Assembly: GCA_963706595.1 (NCBI GenBank) | Contig: OY970166.1 | Coordinates: 32,001-96,000 of the forward strand | Reading direction: 5' to 3' | Source: an uncultured cyanobacterium | GTDB taxonomy: Bacteria > Cyanobacteriota > Cyanobacteriia > Cyanobacteriales > Nostocaceae | Length of the DNA: 64,000 nt | Part shown: piece after piece, positions 52,974 to 64,000 of the stretch | How the letters are laid out: the number at the start of each line of letters is the position of its first letter | Numbering within the stretch: position 1 is the first letter of the stretch | Notes under the pieces: generated by a model | What the model saw: only the letters and a program-made list of their open reading frames with translations | Told to the model about the DNA's origin: nothing | Database searches by the model: none | Translations under genes and position numbers: made by a program

Positions 52974-55900
52974 ATGGAAACAGGATCGGAATTATTACAT
53001 AACTTTTTATCTTCTGAGAACTATATACCGCATGGGCATTGCTATCTTTGGCAAAAGCCTCTGGTGGGATTACATTTGGTGAGTGATGCACTGATCGCGA
53101 TCGCCTATTTCTCGATTCCAGTCATGCTGATTTACTTTGTCAATAAGCGCGGGGATATGCCCTTCTCCAAAGTATTTGTTTTATTTGGCGGATTTATTAT
53201 CCTCTGTGGCACAGGACACTTGCTGGATATTTGGACTCTGTGGCATCCAGATTACTGGGTATCAGGCATTGAACGAGCTATCACGGCTTTAGTGTCTTGT
53301 TATACTGCATTACAGCTAATGGAACTTTTACCACAATTTCTGTCCATGCGATCGCCAGAACAACTAGAAGCCATTAACCAAGAATTAGAACAGCTAGTCG
53401 CCGAACGACAAAGCACAGAAGAAACCCTACAAATGATTGTGGCCGGTACTGCTTCTGTAACTGGCGATGATTTTTTCCCAGCCCTAGTGCAGAATCTGGC
53501 AACGGCATTGGATGTGAGTTATGCGTTCGTTTTTAAAACCATTGATGACTCATTACAAAAGGTAGAGAGTATTAATTTTTGGCAGGTAGATCATCTGGGA
53601 GAGAACTTTGAATATGAATTGATCAACACTCCCTGTAAGCATGTAATTCAGAATAATATGCTGTGTGCGTATTCTAGTGGATTGCAAGACATTTTTCCCC
53701 ACAACCCATTGCTAGAGAAATTGGGCGCACAAAGTTACATCGGGGTTCCCTTGCTGGATGTCAATGAAAATGTCATTGGTAATCTGTGTATTGTAGATGT
53801 CAAACCCCTGGAAACAAGCGATCGCACCAAAACACTCTTACAAGTCTTCGCCGCACGGGCTTCTACAGAACTACAACGCAAATGGGCAGAAGAAGAAAAA
53901 CACCGCGCTTATGAAGAACTGGAATTTCGAGTTGAAGAACGCACAGCTGAACTTGTGGAGGTTAATCATACCCTAGAAGTCAGAATTCAAGAACGAATAG
54001 CCACAGAAGCCGCAATCAGGGTAATGGCAGAGAGAGAACAAGCCACCACCCATATCATCCAACAAATGCGTCAAAGTCTCAATCTGGAATCGATTTTCCG
54101 GGCTACCACTGCGGAATTACGCCAAGGTGTAGAATGCGATCGCGTCTTGATTTATCGCTTTAAACCCGATTGGAGTGGCGAATTAGTAGCCGAATCCGTC
54201 TCCCTAAATTGGGATTCTGTGCTTTCCCCACTAAGCCAAAATAGTAAAATCACAGAGGTTTCTGTGGATCAGAACAACTGTGTAATTACGCAACTAACCG
54301 ATTCAGAAGTATTAATCCGTGATACTTACTTACAAAATAACGCCGGCGGAATATATCACCAAGAACATAGATATTGCTGTGTTAATGACATCTACCAAGC
54401 CGGATTTGACACCTGTTATCTTGAGCTTTTAGAACAATTACAGGCACGGGCTTATATTATTGCGCCCATCTTTTGTGGTCATCACCTTTGGGGCTTGTTG
54501 GCAGTTTACCAAAACGGCAGCCCCCGACAATGGCAAAACCCAGAAATTCAGATTGTTACCCAAATTAGCAGTCAACTTGGGGTAGCTGTGCAACAGGCAG
54601 AATTATTTGCCCAAACCCAGGAACAAGCCGAAGAACTCAAACGAGCTAAAGAAGCTGCTGATGCCGCTAATCTCGCCAAAAGTGAGTTTCTGGCAAATAT
54701 GAGCCATGAACTGCGGACTCCACTCAACGCCATTTTGGGTTTTACCCAGTTGATGCAGCGAGATCACACCTTGTCCTCTGAACATCAAAGGTATACAGAA
54801 ATTATTAACCAAAGTGGTGAACATCTGCTGGGGCTAATTAATAGTGTGCTGGAAATGTCCAAGATTGAAGCCGGAAGATTGACTTTATATCTAGGAGAAT
54901 TTGATCTGCATAACTTGCTGCATAGTTTAGCAGGAATGCTAGAACAGAAAGCCATCTCTAAAGGCTTACAACTAATTTTCGAGTGTGATGCAACTGTACC
55001 CCAATACATCAAAGCTGATGAAAACAAACTGCGTCAAGTCCTGATCAATTTGTTGGGTAATGCCATCAAGTTTACTAACAAAGGACAGGTAATTCTGCGA
55101 GCTAGGTGTCAAGAGTTAGAAAAAACTGCTAACTCAGGATTTTCCCAGCTATACAATTTATTTTTTGAAATTGAAGACTCTGGAACTGGAATTGCCTCAG
55201 AAGAAATTGGCAATTTATTTCAAGCTTTTCAGCAAACACGCTCTGGACGGCAATCGAAAGAAGGAACAGGTTTAGGATTGCGAATTAGTCAAAAATTTGT
55301 GCAATTAATGGGAGGCGAAATTACTGTTGAAAGTCAGTTAGGTAAAGGCAGTTGTTTCAGATTTCATCTCCAGGCTGATTTGCCAGAAGCCGTTGTCATT
55401 GCCCAATTATCTGCTCCCACTCTTGATGTAGTCAGTATTGCTTCAGGACAAACAAAATATCGCATTTTAATTGCTGAAGATAATTCGGCTAATCGTTTGC
55501 TCTTGAGTAACATCTTAAGCCGTTTAGGTTTAGCAGTCCAGGAAGCCGAAAATGGCGAACAAGCCATCGCACTTTGGCAAGAATGGCAACCTCACCTCAT
55601 TTTTATGGATATGCAAATGCCGATCATCGATGGTTATCAAGCGGCTCGGCAGATTCGTAATTTAGCACAAAATTTAAACAATCAAAATGGGCAAATCACC
55701 CCTACAAAAATCATCGCCCTTACAGCCAGCGCTTTTACAGAACAGAAGCAAGAAAGTTTAGACGCAGGTTGTGATGATTTTGTCAGCAAACCATTTCTTT
55801 GGGAAGAAATTTTAGAAGTCCTTGCCAAACATCTACAAATAAAATACGTCTATAAAACCACTACGGTCAATAAAATTTCTCCATCCCCAGATTATGTTTT

Positions 55901-56108
55901 GGATGCTGCTGCTTTAGCTATTATGCCAGTTAGCTGGATTGCCCAATTACACAAGGTTGCCGCCCAAGGCAATGATAGCAGTAGTCTGCATCTTGTTGCT
56001 CAAATTCCTGATGAACAAACTGGATTAATTGCATCTCTCACTCAATTAATTGAAACCTATCAGTTTGATAAAATTATCGCCCTCACTCAAACATTTAATT
56101 GCTCATAA
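52974..56108 (+). CDS. hybrid sensor histidine kinase: ethylene-binding TM domain, GAF, cyanobacteriochrome GAF, HisKA, HATPase, REC
   Basis: SD.LIA.AYFSIP and ILCGTGH (ETR1-like); [42 protein letters not shown]. Confidence 0.92.
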   Translation: METGSELLHNFLSSENYIPHGHCYLWQKPLVGLHLVSDALIAIAYFSIPVMLIYFVNKRGDMPFSKVFVLFGGFIILCGTGHLLDIWTLWHPDYWVSGIERAITALVSCYTALQLMELLPQFLSMRSPEQLEAINQELEQLVAERQSTEETLQMIVAGTASVTGDDFFPALVQNLATALDVSYAFVFKTIDDSLQKVESINFWQVDHLGENFEYELINTPCKHVIQNNMLCAYSSGLQDIFPHNPLLEKLGAQSYIGVPLLDVNENVIGNLCIVDVKPLETSDRTKTLLQVFAARASTELQRKWAEEEKHRAYEELEFRVEERTAELVEVNHTLEVRIQERIATEAAIRVMAEREQATTHIIQQMRQSLNLESIFRATTAELRQGVECDRVLIYRFKPDWSGELVAESVSLNWDSVLSPLSQNSKITEVSVDQNNCVITQLTDSEVLIRDTYLQNNAGGIYHQEHRYCCVNDIYQAGFDTCYLELLEQLQARAYIIAPIFCGHHLWGLLAVYQNGSPRQWQNPEIQIVTQISSQLGVAVQQAELFAQTQEQAEELKRAKEAADAANLAKSEFLANMSHELRTPLNAILGFTQLMQRDHTLSSEHQRYTEIINQSGEHLLGLINSVLEMSKIEAGRLTLYLGEFDLHNLLHSLAGMLEQKAISKGLQLIFECDATVPQYIKADENKLRQVLINLLGNAIKFTNKGQVILRARCQELEKTANSGFSQLYNLFFEIEDSGTGIASEEIGNLFQAFQQTRSGRQSKEGTGLGLRISQKFVQLMGGEITVESQLGKGSCFRFHLQADLPEAVVIAQLSAPTLDVVSIASGQTKYRILIAEDNSANRLLLSNILSRLGLAVQEAENGEQAIALWQEWQPHLIFMDMQMPIIDGYQAARQIRNLAQNLNNQNGQITPTKIIALTASAFTEQKQESLDAGCDDFVSKPFLWEEILEVLAKHLQIKYVYKTTTVNKISPSPDYVLDAAALAIMPVSWIAQLHKVAAQGNDSSSLHLVAQIPDEQTGLIASLTQLIETYQFDKIIALTQTFNCS

Positions 56109-56113
56109 AAATC

Positions 56114-57394
56114 ATGGATATCTCTGTAGAACATCAAGTATTTGTTGCTGATATTTTAATTGTTGATGACAAATTAGAAAACATTAAATTTTTATCGGAA
56201 TTTTTATGTAAAAATAACTATCAAGTCCGCAAAGCTATTAATGGACAAGCAGCATTAACATCAGTGAACTCATTACCACCTGACTTAATACTTTTAGACA
56301 TTAATATGCCAGGGATGGGAGGATATGAAGTTTGTCAACACCTGAAGAATAATCCAGAAACTTCGGCAATTCCTGTGATATTTTTGAGCGCTGGTAATGA
56401 AATTAATGATAAAATTTTAGCTTTTGAAGCGGGAGGAATTGACTACATTACTAAACCATTTAATTTGGAAGAGATATTGGTGAGAGTCCAAACTCAGTTA
56501 AAGGTGCAACAATTACAAAAAAATTTACAGGCTCGTAATCAGGAGATTCAAAGTATGCTCCTAGAATTACAGAAAACCGAAGCTGCACTCATTCAAAAAG
56601 AAAAACTGGTTAACGCTTCTCAAATTACAGCCGGAATTTCTCATGAAATTAACAACCCACTCAGTTTTATTGTTGGTAATCTCAAACCTGCATCTGAATA
56701 TAGTGAAAACCTAATTACCCTAATTGCACTTTACCAAAATGCCTTTCCAGATGCAACTCCAGAAATTATTAACTTTATTGAAGATATTGATTTAGATTTT
56801 TTAATTACAGATTTCAGAAGAATTATTAACTCTATTAATACGGGAGCAGAACGGATTCGTTCCGTTATCAATGCTATGCATATTTTCTCCCGTCTTGATG
56901 AATCAGGTATTAAACCCATCAATATTCAAGAAAGTATGGAGAGTGTCCTGACTATACTACGTTATCAACTTGTTTTAAATAACGGAGCAGTCAACATTTC
57001 AGTTGTCAAAAATTATCAAGATACACCCAAAATTTTAGGACAAGCAAATTTATTAAATCAAGCTCTGCTAAGTATTTTACAAAATGCTATTCAGGCTTTA
57101 GAATCAAAAGTTACTTCAGTTATTGACAGTTCATTTAACCCGACAATCTGGCTCAATATATCCACAACAGAGCAACAGCACATCAGAATTAGTATTAAAG
57201 ACAATGGTATAGGAGTTGCTTCAGAAAATCAATCTCATTTATTTGAGCCGTTTTTTACGACGAAACAACCAGGAAAAGGAGTGGGATTAGGTTTATTTAC
57301 CAGCTATCAAATCCTCACTGAATTTCATCAAGGTACTTTAACTTACCATGACTGCGCTGAAGGAGGTTCAGAATTTATTATTGAGATTTCTTAA
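56114..57394 (+). CDS. hybrid response regulator / histidine kinase (REC-HisKA-HATPase)
   Basis: IVDD, LLDINMP, HEINNPL, DNGIG and GVGLGL motifs; start taken at ATG 56114. Confidence 0.9.
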   Translation: MDISVEHQVFVADILIVDDKLENIKFLSEFLCKNNYQVRKAINGQAALTSVNSLPPDLILLDINMPGMGGYEVCQHLKNNPETSAIPVIFLSAGNEINDKILAFEAGGIDYITKPFNLEEILVRVQTQLKVQQLQKNLQARNQEIQSMLLELQKTEAALIQKEKLVNASQITAGISHEINNPLSFIVGNLKPASEYSENLITLIALYQNAFPDATPEIINFIEDIDLDFLITDFRRIINSINTGAERIRSVINAMHIFSRLDESGIKPINIQESMESVLTILRYQLVLNNGAVNISVVKNYQDTPKILGQANLLNQALLSILQNAIQALESKVTSVIDSSFNPTIWLNISTTEQQHIRISIKDNGIGVASENQSHLFEPFFTTKQPGKGVGLGLFTSYQILTEFHQGTLTYHDCAEGGSEFIIEIS

Positions 57395-57555
57395 AATATC
57401 CTCATAGTTAGTAGGAAAACAACCCACCGCTAGGCGGAAAAATGGCGGTAAAAAATTAGACTTTTTAAACAACCTCTAAGACAATTTTCCTAAATTATCG
57501 GTAATTTAAAAGACAAAAGAGCCATAATTTTTCTTTTGTCTTTTACTTTTGACCT

Positions 57556-58014
57556 TTATAAACTGGCGTAGCCAAAAGTAGTATTGAATTGGCGACACCA
57601 TATCGCTACAGATTTGAAATCTGCCAAATTCACATTATCAGGTAAAGCGTAACGTTGAGTACCATTGATCTTTTGTAGCGCCGCAATACTCACATAATCT
57701 TTTTCTTGAATACCAGAGACTGGTGGAGTTGCAGAACGATGCAAAATTACAAATAAGTCAGGGCCATTATCAGTTTTGAAATTTTGATCAAACTCCAGGT
57801 AAGGTTTACTAGCTTCAGTAATTACACTGACTTTTCCCTGAGTTGGATGTTCCGCAGCCTGAAAATTTCTAGCCTCAGCAACTGGACTGGCTAAGGTTGT
57901 TGCAGTTGGCGTTTGAGTATCTGTTTTATTTGAAGTTACCTCTGTTGCACAGCCGACGCTGATTATGGTAACGATACCCAGAATTACTAAATGCTGGAAC
58001 TTCATAGCTTTCAC
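57556..58014 (-). CDS. DM13 domain lipoprotein
   Basis: SVGC lipobox; GPDLFV, G.QRY and SVAIWC..F..TFG motifs. Confidence 0.88.
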   Translation of the reverse strand: MKAMKFQHLVILGIVTIISVGCATEVTSNKTDTQTPTATTLASPVAEARNFQAAEHPTQGKVSVITEASKPYLEFDQNFKTDNGPDLFVILHRSATPPVSGIQEKDYVSIAALQKINGTQRYALPDNVNLADFKSVAIWCRQFNTTFGYASL

Positions 58015-58122
58015 ATCCTCAAATTTATTTATACAGTATTTTCTGTGGCGATCGCACTCGACATTGAATGCCGCAGATTCCCTAAATCGAGTATTTTATT
58101 TTAGGTTATCAGTATTTGCAAA

Positions 58123-59739
58123 TCAAATAGGGTTAGCTAATTTCCACAGCAAATAATCATTGTTACTATAAACCACATTGCTTGTAGATTTATATCTAGT
58201 TTCTAATTCACCGCGCCAAGTATCTGAAGGATTGAGTAAAAAAATGTCAGTAAAACCAGCAGGGATATCAGGAATATCTTGATTTTTTACTAATTGAAAT
58301 CGTACTTTTGGCTGTACAAGATAACTCAAAGAAAAAACGTTTCCATAATTAATTCCTTCAGCATCACTAATTAAAAGTGGTTTCTCAGCCTCATTAATAG
58401 TCTTAGCAACTTGTGGATTACCATAGCTAATTCCCTTATTCCACCAAGTCTCAGATGCGTAGCTTACCCTAGAAGAAACAAGCCCACAAACAATAATCAA
58501 TCCCAAAATCACTTGCCAAATTCTGCGGCGTAATCCAATGTGGTTATGTATTTGCGTAGTTAGTAGATAAGCCACAGCAAGTTGAATCCCTAAATAAGCA
58601 GATATTAAATTTTGTTGTGAATTTAAAACTATGCTTTCACAAAATAAATTTGGCACTAATTTAGCGATAACTGGTACTATGATCAATGTCATAATAAACA
58701 ACCAGACTTTATAATTAGTTGTTCGACAGAGAAAATACATTGCATATCCCACTAGGAGTAAGAAAATTGATGAAATTAAATAGCCCAGAAGGTTTTCTAA
58801 GCTAAGATTCAAATCAAAAAAAATCCGACTTACCTGCATTAGCCAAGGGGGATTTAAAGGCATCAGGGGTGTCTCGTTTTTGATGACATCTGCTGATATC
58901 AGAAATTCCAAGGAATTGGCTATTACAATCATCATCCAAGGCATGAAGGCTAAAAAACCCAAAGATGACGCTATTAAATAAGCTCTAACTGTTTCAGTTA
59001 GTTGAAACTTTGTAGCTGTAATTACATAAATTCCCTGAAATACAGCTACAAGAACACTCAATAAACTTGTGTAAAGACTAACCGTCAAAGTTACTACGTA
59101 AATTCCCCAGATCGCAAAACGGTCTGGAATTTGCTGTCCTTGTGCTAATTCATGATGCTCTGTTGATTCCATCCGCATAGCGCGCAAAAGTGACGCGCTG
59201 CATACTATGATGGTTACTAACCACAGACTATCTGCTTGTGCTTCTTGAGCGTAAAGTATATAGATAGGAGAGATTGCCATCAGAGCGATCGCTAACCAAG
59301 GTACTGAGAATGGCACCTGAAATAATTCTCGGCATAGCCAATAAACACACGGAAACACGAACAAGCTGATCACAGCAGATAAACTTCTAATTACGGTGAC
59401 TGAATTCCCAAATATTTGCACCCATAATCTAGCTATTAAATAATAAAGCGGTGGATGTTGTGGGTTTTCCGTTGCTAGAGACATAATTGTGCCACTAAAG
59501 CCTTTTTCTCGATCAGGACTTTGGAACCTAACAAAACCTTCTCTACTAATTACGCCACCATTAAATATCTGCTGTTTTACTTCATCTACTGTGTAGCCAG
59601 AAATTCGCAATGATGTATAAGTTTCATCATGAGAGTAAACTTTACCTTCAAGATTGACAAAGCGAAATAATATCCCCATTGCCAACAAAAAGATCAGAGA
59701 AAACCGCAACCAACTCGGAACGAAAGCGAAGTTCCGCAT
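58123..59739 (-). CDS. GT-C fold glycosyltransferase (GT39/PMT-like)
   Basis: HDE, HPPLYY and SP..ILYAQE motifs, many TM helices. Confidence 0.85.
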   Translation of the reverse strand: MRNFAFVPSWLRFSLIFLLAMGILFRFVNLEGKVYSHDETYTSLRISGYTVDEVKQQIFNGGVISREGFVRFQSPDREKGFSGTIMSLATENPQHPPLYYLIARLWVQIFGNSVTVIRSLSAVISLFVFPCVYWLCRELFQVPFSVPWLAIALMAISPIYILYAQEAQADSLWLVTIIVCSASLLRAMRMESTEHHELAQGQQIPDRFAIWGIYVVTLTVSLYTSLLSVLVAVFQGIYVITATKFQLTETVRAYLIASSLGFLAFMPWMMIVIANSLEFLISADVIKNETPLMPLNPPWLMQVSRIFFDLNLSLENLLGYLISSIFLLLVGYAMYFLCRTTNYKVWLFIMTLIIVPVIAKLVPNLFCESIVLNSQQNLISAYLGIQLAVAYLLTTQIHNHIGLRRRIWQVILGLIIVCGLVSSRVSYASETWWNKGISYGNPQVAKTINEAEKPLLISDAEGINYGNVFSLSYLVQPKVRFQLVKNQDIPDIPAGFTDIFLLNPSDTWRGELETRYKSTSNVVYSNNDYLLWKLANPI

Positions 59740-59826
59740 AACCTAATCTGATTCAGATAAGAAGAATTAACCGCCGATAAACGCCGATAAATTCAGATGT
59801 TTAATTTTTGATAGCCATAACTGCGG

Positions 59827-59852
59827 AAAAACCCCCGAAAATATCCGGGGGC
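59827..59852 (-). terminator. terminator of the ndh/NAD kinase operon
   Basis: CCCCCG...CGGGGG stem followed by TTTT on the minus strand. Confidence 0.55.
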
Positions 59853-59906
59853 TGGTATATTTCACAGACAACTTGCAGCAAAAGCGCTCGGTAGACACCC
59901 AATAAA

Positions 59907-60833
59907 TCAATTACGGTGATTATTACTGTAGCGAACCCTTGTACCTGCCCAAAGCAGCTTCTCACGCAGCGTCTGATAATATGAATTGTTCTCTCGCAAA
60001 ATAATAAACTTCGCCCGACAATCAGCCATCCGCACATCAACCCGATGTCCAGGCCAAATCGACGTAGATAAGACCCCATCCATCCACAGCTTTGTACTCA
60101 AATCATAGTCTCCCAAAGGCCAGATGCTGACCACAGAACCAGGAGGTAAAACTAGAGGGCGACTAGAAAGACTCATGGGACAAATGGGAGTGATGGTAAC
60201 CGCCTCCATACCATCGTGGATAATGGGGCCATTAGCAGAAACGGTATAACCAGTAGAACCAGTGGGAGTGGAAATAATCAAACCATCCCCCACATATTGA
60301 TCGATTACCTCACTATCAATTTCCATTTCCAGAATAGAAGTGATCATGCGGTCAGCAGAAGCGGGTTTCACACAAAATTCGTTCAAAGCCAAGTAGCGCT
60401 CAGTCACAGGTTCCAAATTCGTGCGTTGACCCTCATACACCGCCGCTTGTAGCATCATCCGCCTCTGGATGGCATAGCGATCCTCAAATAGTCGATCCCA
60501 AACTTTCTCTGTATCTTGAAACTCATCTACAGACTCGGTTAAAAAGCCCAGATGACCGCCAATATTTACACCCAGAATGGGTATACCAGCAGGGGCTAAA
60601 TGTCTAGCACTGGTTAAAACAGTACCGTCACCACCGAGTACCAAAGCCAAATCAATGGGTTGAGTTGCAGAAGCCAAAAACACCGGGTAAGGGTTATCTT
60701 TTGGCCCACTAGGCCCCATCAACACGTGACAATGGCGCTTTTCTAGTTGTTTAGCACAAAGTTCAGCCCAGCGTTTACTCTGGGAATCTCGTGCTTTATA
60801 AGCAATGATTACCTGCTTGAGTTGCACGCACAA
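59907..60833 (-). CDS. NAD(+) kinase
   Basis: LGGDGT, GHLGFL, LNE and TPTGSTGY motifs. Confidence 0.96.
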   Translation of the reverse strand: MCVQLKQVIIAYKARDSQSKRWAELCAKQLEKRHCHVLMGPSGPKDNPYPVFLASATQPIDLALVLGGDGTVLTSARHLAPAGIPILGVNIGGHLGFLTESVDEFQDTEKVWDRLFEDRYAIQRRMMLQAAVYEGQRTNLEPVTERYLALNEFCVKPASADRMITSILEMEIDSEVIDQYVGDGLIISTPTGSTGYTVSANGPIIHDGMEAVTITPICPMSLSSRPLVLPPGSVVSIWPLGDYDLSTKLWMDGVLSTSIWPGHRVDVRMADCRAKFIILRENNSYYQTLREKLLWAGTRVRYSNNHRN

Positions 60834-61139
60834 TTACCACTTCAGGAGATTAAACTGCTCCATATCGACGGTATCGCGGTTGCGATAAATGGCCAGCACA
60901 ATGGCTAAACCCACCGCCGCTTCAGCAGCTGCCACGGTAATCACAAACACTGTGAATACCTGACCCTTAATTAAAGTTGAATCGAGAAAGTTGGAAAATG
61001 CCATTAAATTCAGATTAACAGCATTCAGCAGTAACTCAATTGACATCAACACCCGCACGGCATTACGACTGGTAATTAAACCATAAATACCAATACAAAA
61101 CAAAGCTGCTGCTAGTAATAAAAAATACTGGAGTTGCAT
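60834..61139 (-). CDS. ndhE: NDH-1 subunit NdhE (NuoK)
   Basis: [10 protein letters not shown] and [11 protein letters not shown] motifs. Confidence 0.97.
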   Translation of the reverse strand: MQLQYFLLLAAALFCIGIYGLITSRNAVRVLMSIELLLNAVNLNLMAFSNFLDSTLIKGQVFTVFVITVAAAEAAVGLAIVLAIYRNRDTVDMEQFNLLKW

Positions 61140-61205
61140 GGATTCTCGTATCCCTTCTCAAAACAATCTGGCTTCTGACTTGCGATTCGCATAATATCGC
61201 AAATT

Positions 61206-61820
61206 TTACTCTTTGGTTTCGCTACCCGCCGATACCAAGTCTCTGGGGCGTTCTGGCAAAGTCAAAACAGTTTGTGGCAAATCTGAGGGTGTTGTTGGTT
61301 CTGGCAAATACTCGCGACGTGCCAAAATAATCGCTCCCACCATCGCTATCAGCAACAAAATTGAAGCCAGTTCAAAAGGCAGTAAAAAGTCAGTGAAGAA
61401 ATGCTCACCAATCACAACTATAGAACTTTCTGGAGCTACAAGAGCAGGTGTTGAGTATGCCCAAGGAGTCCCCAATACCATCACACTCAACAGGCCAAAT
61501 AATCCCAGGCTGACAACCCCTGTGAGGACTTTCCGCAGCCCCGCACTGGGAAATGGCGCAAAATCTTCCCGCTTGTTCACCAACATAATGGCAAACAAAA
61601 TTAGCACGTTAACTGCCCCAACATAAACCAGCACCTGTGCTGCTGCTACAAAGTCACCATTCAGCAACAGGTAAATTCCCGCCATGCTGATAAACACGCC
61701 CCCCAGCATAAAGGCAGAATAGACAACGTTCGAGAACAGCACTACGCCTAAAGCTGCCCCAATCATCATCACGCCTAATATGCCTAACGCAACAAACTGT
61801 ACTCCTTCGGCTAGATTCAC
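61206..61820 (-). CDS. ndhG: NDH-1 subunit NdhG (NuoJ)
   Basis: AQVLVYVGAVNVL and LLPFELAS motifs. Confidence 0.97.
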   Translation of the reverse strand: MNLAEGVQFVALGILGVMMIGAALGVVLFSNVVYSAFMLGGVFISMAGIYLLLNGDFVAAAQVLVYVGAVNVLILFAIMLVNKREDFAPFPSAGLRKVLTGVVSLGLFGLLSVMVLGTPWAYSTPALVAPESSIVVIGEHFFTDFLLPFELASILLLIAMVGAIILARREYLPEPTTPSDLPQTVLTLPERPRDLVSAGSETKE

Positions 61821-61883
61821 TTTTTCCGATCCTTTTTGATTTCCAATAAATCTTAACTGGTAATCGTTAGTACCGATTACCTA

Positions 61884-62011
61884 CTAGCACCGCAAAGCGG
61901 AAGTCAAAAGTCAAAAGTTTACCCTGAGCGAAGTCGAGGGGTCAAAAGTCAAAAGTGTATATAATCGGCTTTTGATGGATTTGAAGTCTAAATTCCGCGT
62001 AGCGGCGCTAG
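61884..62011. repeat. CTAG-ended MITE with (GTCAAAA)n; its end overlaps the ndhI stop
   Basis: CTAGCACCGC ... GCGGCGCTAG termini. Confidence 0.72.
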
Positions 62012-62601
62012 GCATTGGTCTTTTCTGTTTGTTCTACCAGGTCTTCTGGACGAGAACCAGCACGAGGTGCATCAGCAGGCAGGTCGTGAGGTTCCATGAC
62101 ACCCTTGGGTAAGTAAGCTAGTTCGCGCAGTGGTGTAACCATTGGGTCATTTGTGACTTTGTAAGGCAGACGACCTAGGGCTACGTTGTCATAGTTCAAT
62201 TCATGGCGATCATAAGTGGATAGCTCATATTCTTCTGTCATTGATAGACAGTTAGTTGGGCAGTATTCCACACAGTTACCACAGAAGATGCAAACTCCAA
62301 AGTCAATGCTGTAGTGTTTGAGCTTTTTCTTTTTGTTGGCTTTCTCAAATTCCCAATCCACTACAGGCAAATTAATCGGACAAACCCGAACACAGACTTC
62401 ACAGGCGATACATTTATCAAACTCAAAGTGAATCCTGCCGCGAAACCGTTCGCCAGGAATCAGTTTTTCGTAGGGGTACTGTACGGTGACTGGGCGACGC
62501 TGCATGTGGTCAAAAGTTACAGCTAACCCTTGACCAATGTAACGTCCAGCTTGTACTGCTTCTTTGGCGTAATCACCAACTTGTTTGAGGAACTTTAGCA
62601 T
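62008..62601 (-). CDS. ndhI: NDH-1 subunit NdhI
   Basis: [12 protein letters not shown] and [12 protein letters not shown] 4Fe-4S motifs; start MLKFLKQ. Confidence 0.97.
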   Translation of the reverse strand: MLKFLKQVGDYAKEAVQAGRYIGQGLAVTFDHMQRRPVTVQYPYEKLIPGERFRGRIHFEFDKCIACEVCVRVCPINLPVVDWEFEKANKKKKLKHYSIDFGVCIFCGNCVEYCPTNCLSMTEEYELSTYDRHELNYDNVALGRLPYKVTNDPMVTPLRELAYLPKGVMEPHDLPADAPRAGSRPEDLVEQTEKTNA

Positions 62602-62680
62602 TTTTAGTGTTTTTCTCTCTCTTTTCAATTCTGGATCTGGGATTTGAGATTTCAGATTCAATCTAAAATCTCAAATTGGT

Positions 62681-63800
62681 TTATCCACCAAAGGCGAAGG
62701 GAAAGGCAAGTTTCAGGGCTGCGGTGACTAGAAGATTAACCAAAGCCAGTGGCAACAAAAACTTCCATCCTAAATCTAGCAATTGGTCAATCCGCACCCG
62801 TGGTACTGTCCAACGCAACAAGATGGCGATAAACACTAGCAAATAGGCTTTGATTAGGGTCATGACGATACCCAAAGAAGCCGTTGCTACCTGCAAGACG
62901 GGATTAAATTCACTTACTCCGAACCAATTAGCTATGACGTTAACTGGAATTGGGAAAGTCCCAACCACCCAGGTATAAAACTGCTACTAGTAGAGCAGAA
63001 AGCACTAGGTTGACGTAGGAACTGAGGTAAAACAGCGCGAATTTCATGCCTGAATATTCGGTCTGATAACCAGCGACAATTTCTTCTTCCGCTTCCGGGA
63101 GGTCAAAGGGTAAGCGTTCACATTCAGCCAGGGCTGCTATCCAAAAAATTAGGAACCCTACTGGTTGCCGCCAAATATTCCAACCGAGAATACCATAGCC
63201 AGATTGCTGGTTGACAATATCAATGGTGCTGAGGCTGTTAGACATCATGACGACGGCTAACACGCTCAAGGATAGCGGAATTTCGTAGCTAATAGACTGA
63301 GCCGCAGCCCGCAAGCCACCTATGAGGGAATATTTGTTATTGGATGCGTAGCCAGCCATTAACAACCCAATAGGGGCAATGCTAGAAAACGCAATCCACA
63401 AGAAAATTCCCATGCCCACGTTTGTAATGACAATATTCTGTCCAAAGGGGACAATCAAATAGGACAGAAATACTGGCAGTACGACTAAAATGGGACCGAT
63501 GGTAAATAGCCACGCATCAGCTTTTGCTGGTACGATATCTTCTTTAAATACCAGCTTGAGACCATCGGCGACTGGAGCTAGTAAACCAAAAGGTCCAATA
63601 AATTCTGGACCAATGCGCTGCTGTACTGATGCCGAAATCTTCCGTTCTAACCAAACACAGACTAGTACCCCCACTGTTGCTCCAATGAGCATCAGTATCA
63701 TTGGCAAGGGCATCCATAAGGCTTTGGCTGTCCCTGCTGGTATGCCTAAATCCATGACGGATTTAATAAACGTTCCTTGGAGGTCAATTCCTGAGTTCAT
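62681..63800 (-). CDS. ndhA: NDH-1 subunit NdhA (NuoH), frameshifted near 62950 in this sequence
   Basis: ERKISA..QQRIGP and [12 protein letters not shown] in one frame; [13 protein letters not shown] in the next; removing one base rejoins GGWDFPIPVN. Confidence 0.93.
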
Positions 63801-64000
63801 GTTTCTGCTCTTTAAGTCAACTGAAGTATGAAGTGTGAAGTTATAAAGTATAAAATTCGGCTCCTTCATCCTTCATCATTCATACTTTTATGCTTTGATG
63901 AAGACGCTTGATTGATAGCTGGCGTGGCGAAGCCATAGATTTGTGCCAATTCCCATGCCTAGTATATCGTCCAATGGTTTTCAGCCCTTGAAGCTATACA

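Noticed and set aside
962..63831. Many 60-150 aa ORFs antisense to or nested in confident genes (e.g. 4902-5249, 13658-13969, 28712-29155, 47595-48020, 61213-61626)
   Set aside because: Shadow ORFs of well-supported genes, with no motifs or RBS evidence.
1..64000. Canonical NtcA boxes (GTA-N8-TAC) in intergenic regions
   Set aside because: The candidates I checked (about 12562, 17737, 30593 and 40371) had the wrong spacing or half-site; the by-eye search was not exhaustive.
1..64000. High frequency of GCGATCGC
   Set aside because: This is HIP1, a normal feature of cyanobacterial genomes; used only as a nativeness marker.

Overview
Chromosomal window of a cyanobacterium, most likely a heterocyst-forming Nostocales strain. 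This rests on frequent HIP1 GCGATCGC octamers, heptamer STRR tandem repeats and the ntcA, ndh and carA gene contexts. It is mostly housekeeping genes: ntcA 3' end, pdxH, argB, SWIM+SNF2, pnp, aminotransferases, fbaB, rlmB, Mini-III, carA, trpD, trmFO, lpdA, trpC, treS, NAD kinase and ndhA-I-G-E, plus tRNA-Arg(CCG). The intergenic space is dense with MITE/REP-like elements. Mobile and accessory parts are a TnpB-only IS200/IS605 (IS891/IS1341-like) element, an IS4-family element inserted into the loop of a REP-like hairpin, an Rpn nuclease gene bracketed by copies of that repeat, a DUF29 gene, and an ethylene-binding/cyanobacteriochrome hybrid kinase with a partner kinase. The best leads are: (1) a protein-free omegaRNA-like structured element with a guide position just downstream of ntcA; (2) an intragenic RBS+ATG predicting an RpnS-type antitoxin; (3) hairpin-repeat-associated accessory genes; (4) an ethylene plus insert-Cys CBCR sensor; (5) a shared 16-bp promoter motif upstream of treS, fbaB and a small secreted protein. 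Four single-base frameshifts, one in ndhA, look like sequencing errors. All calls come from motif recognition by eye; no database search was run.
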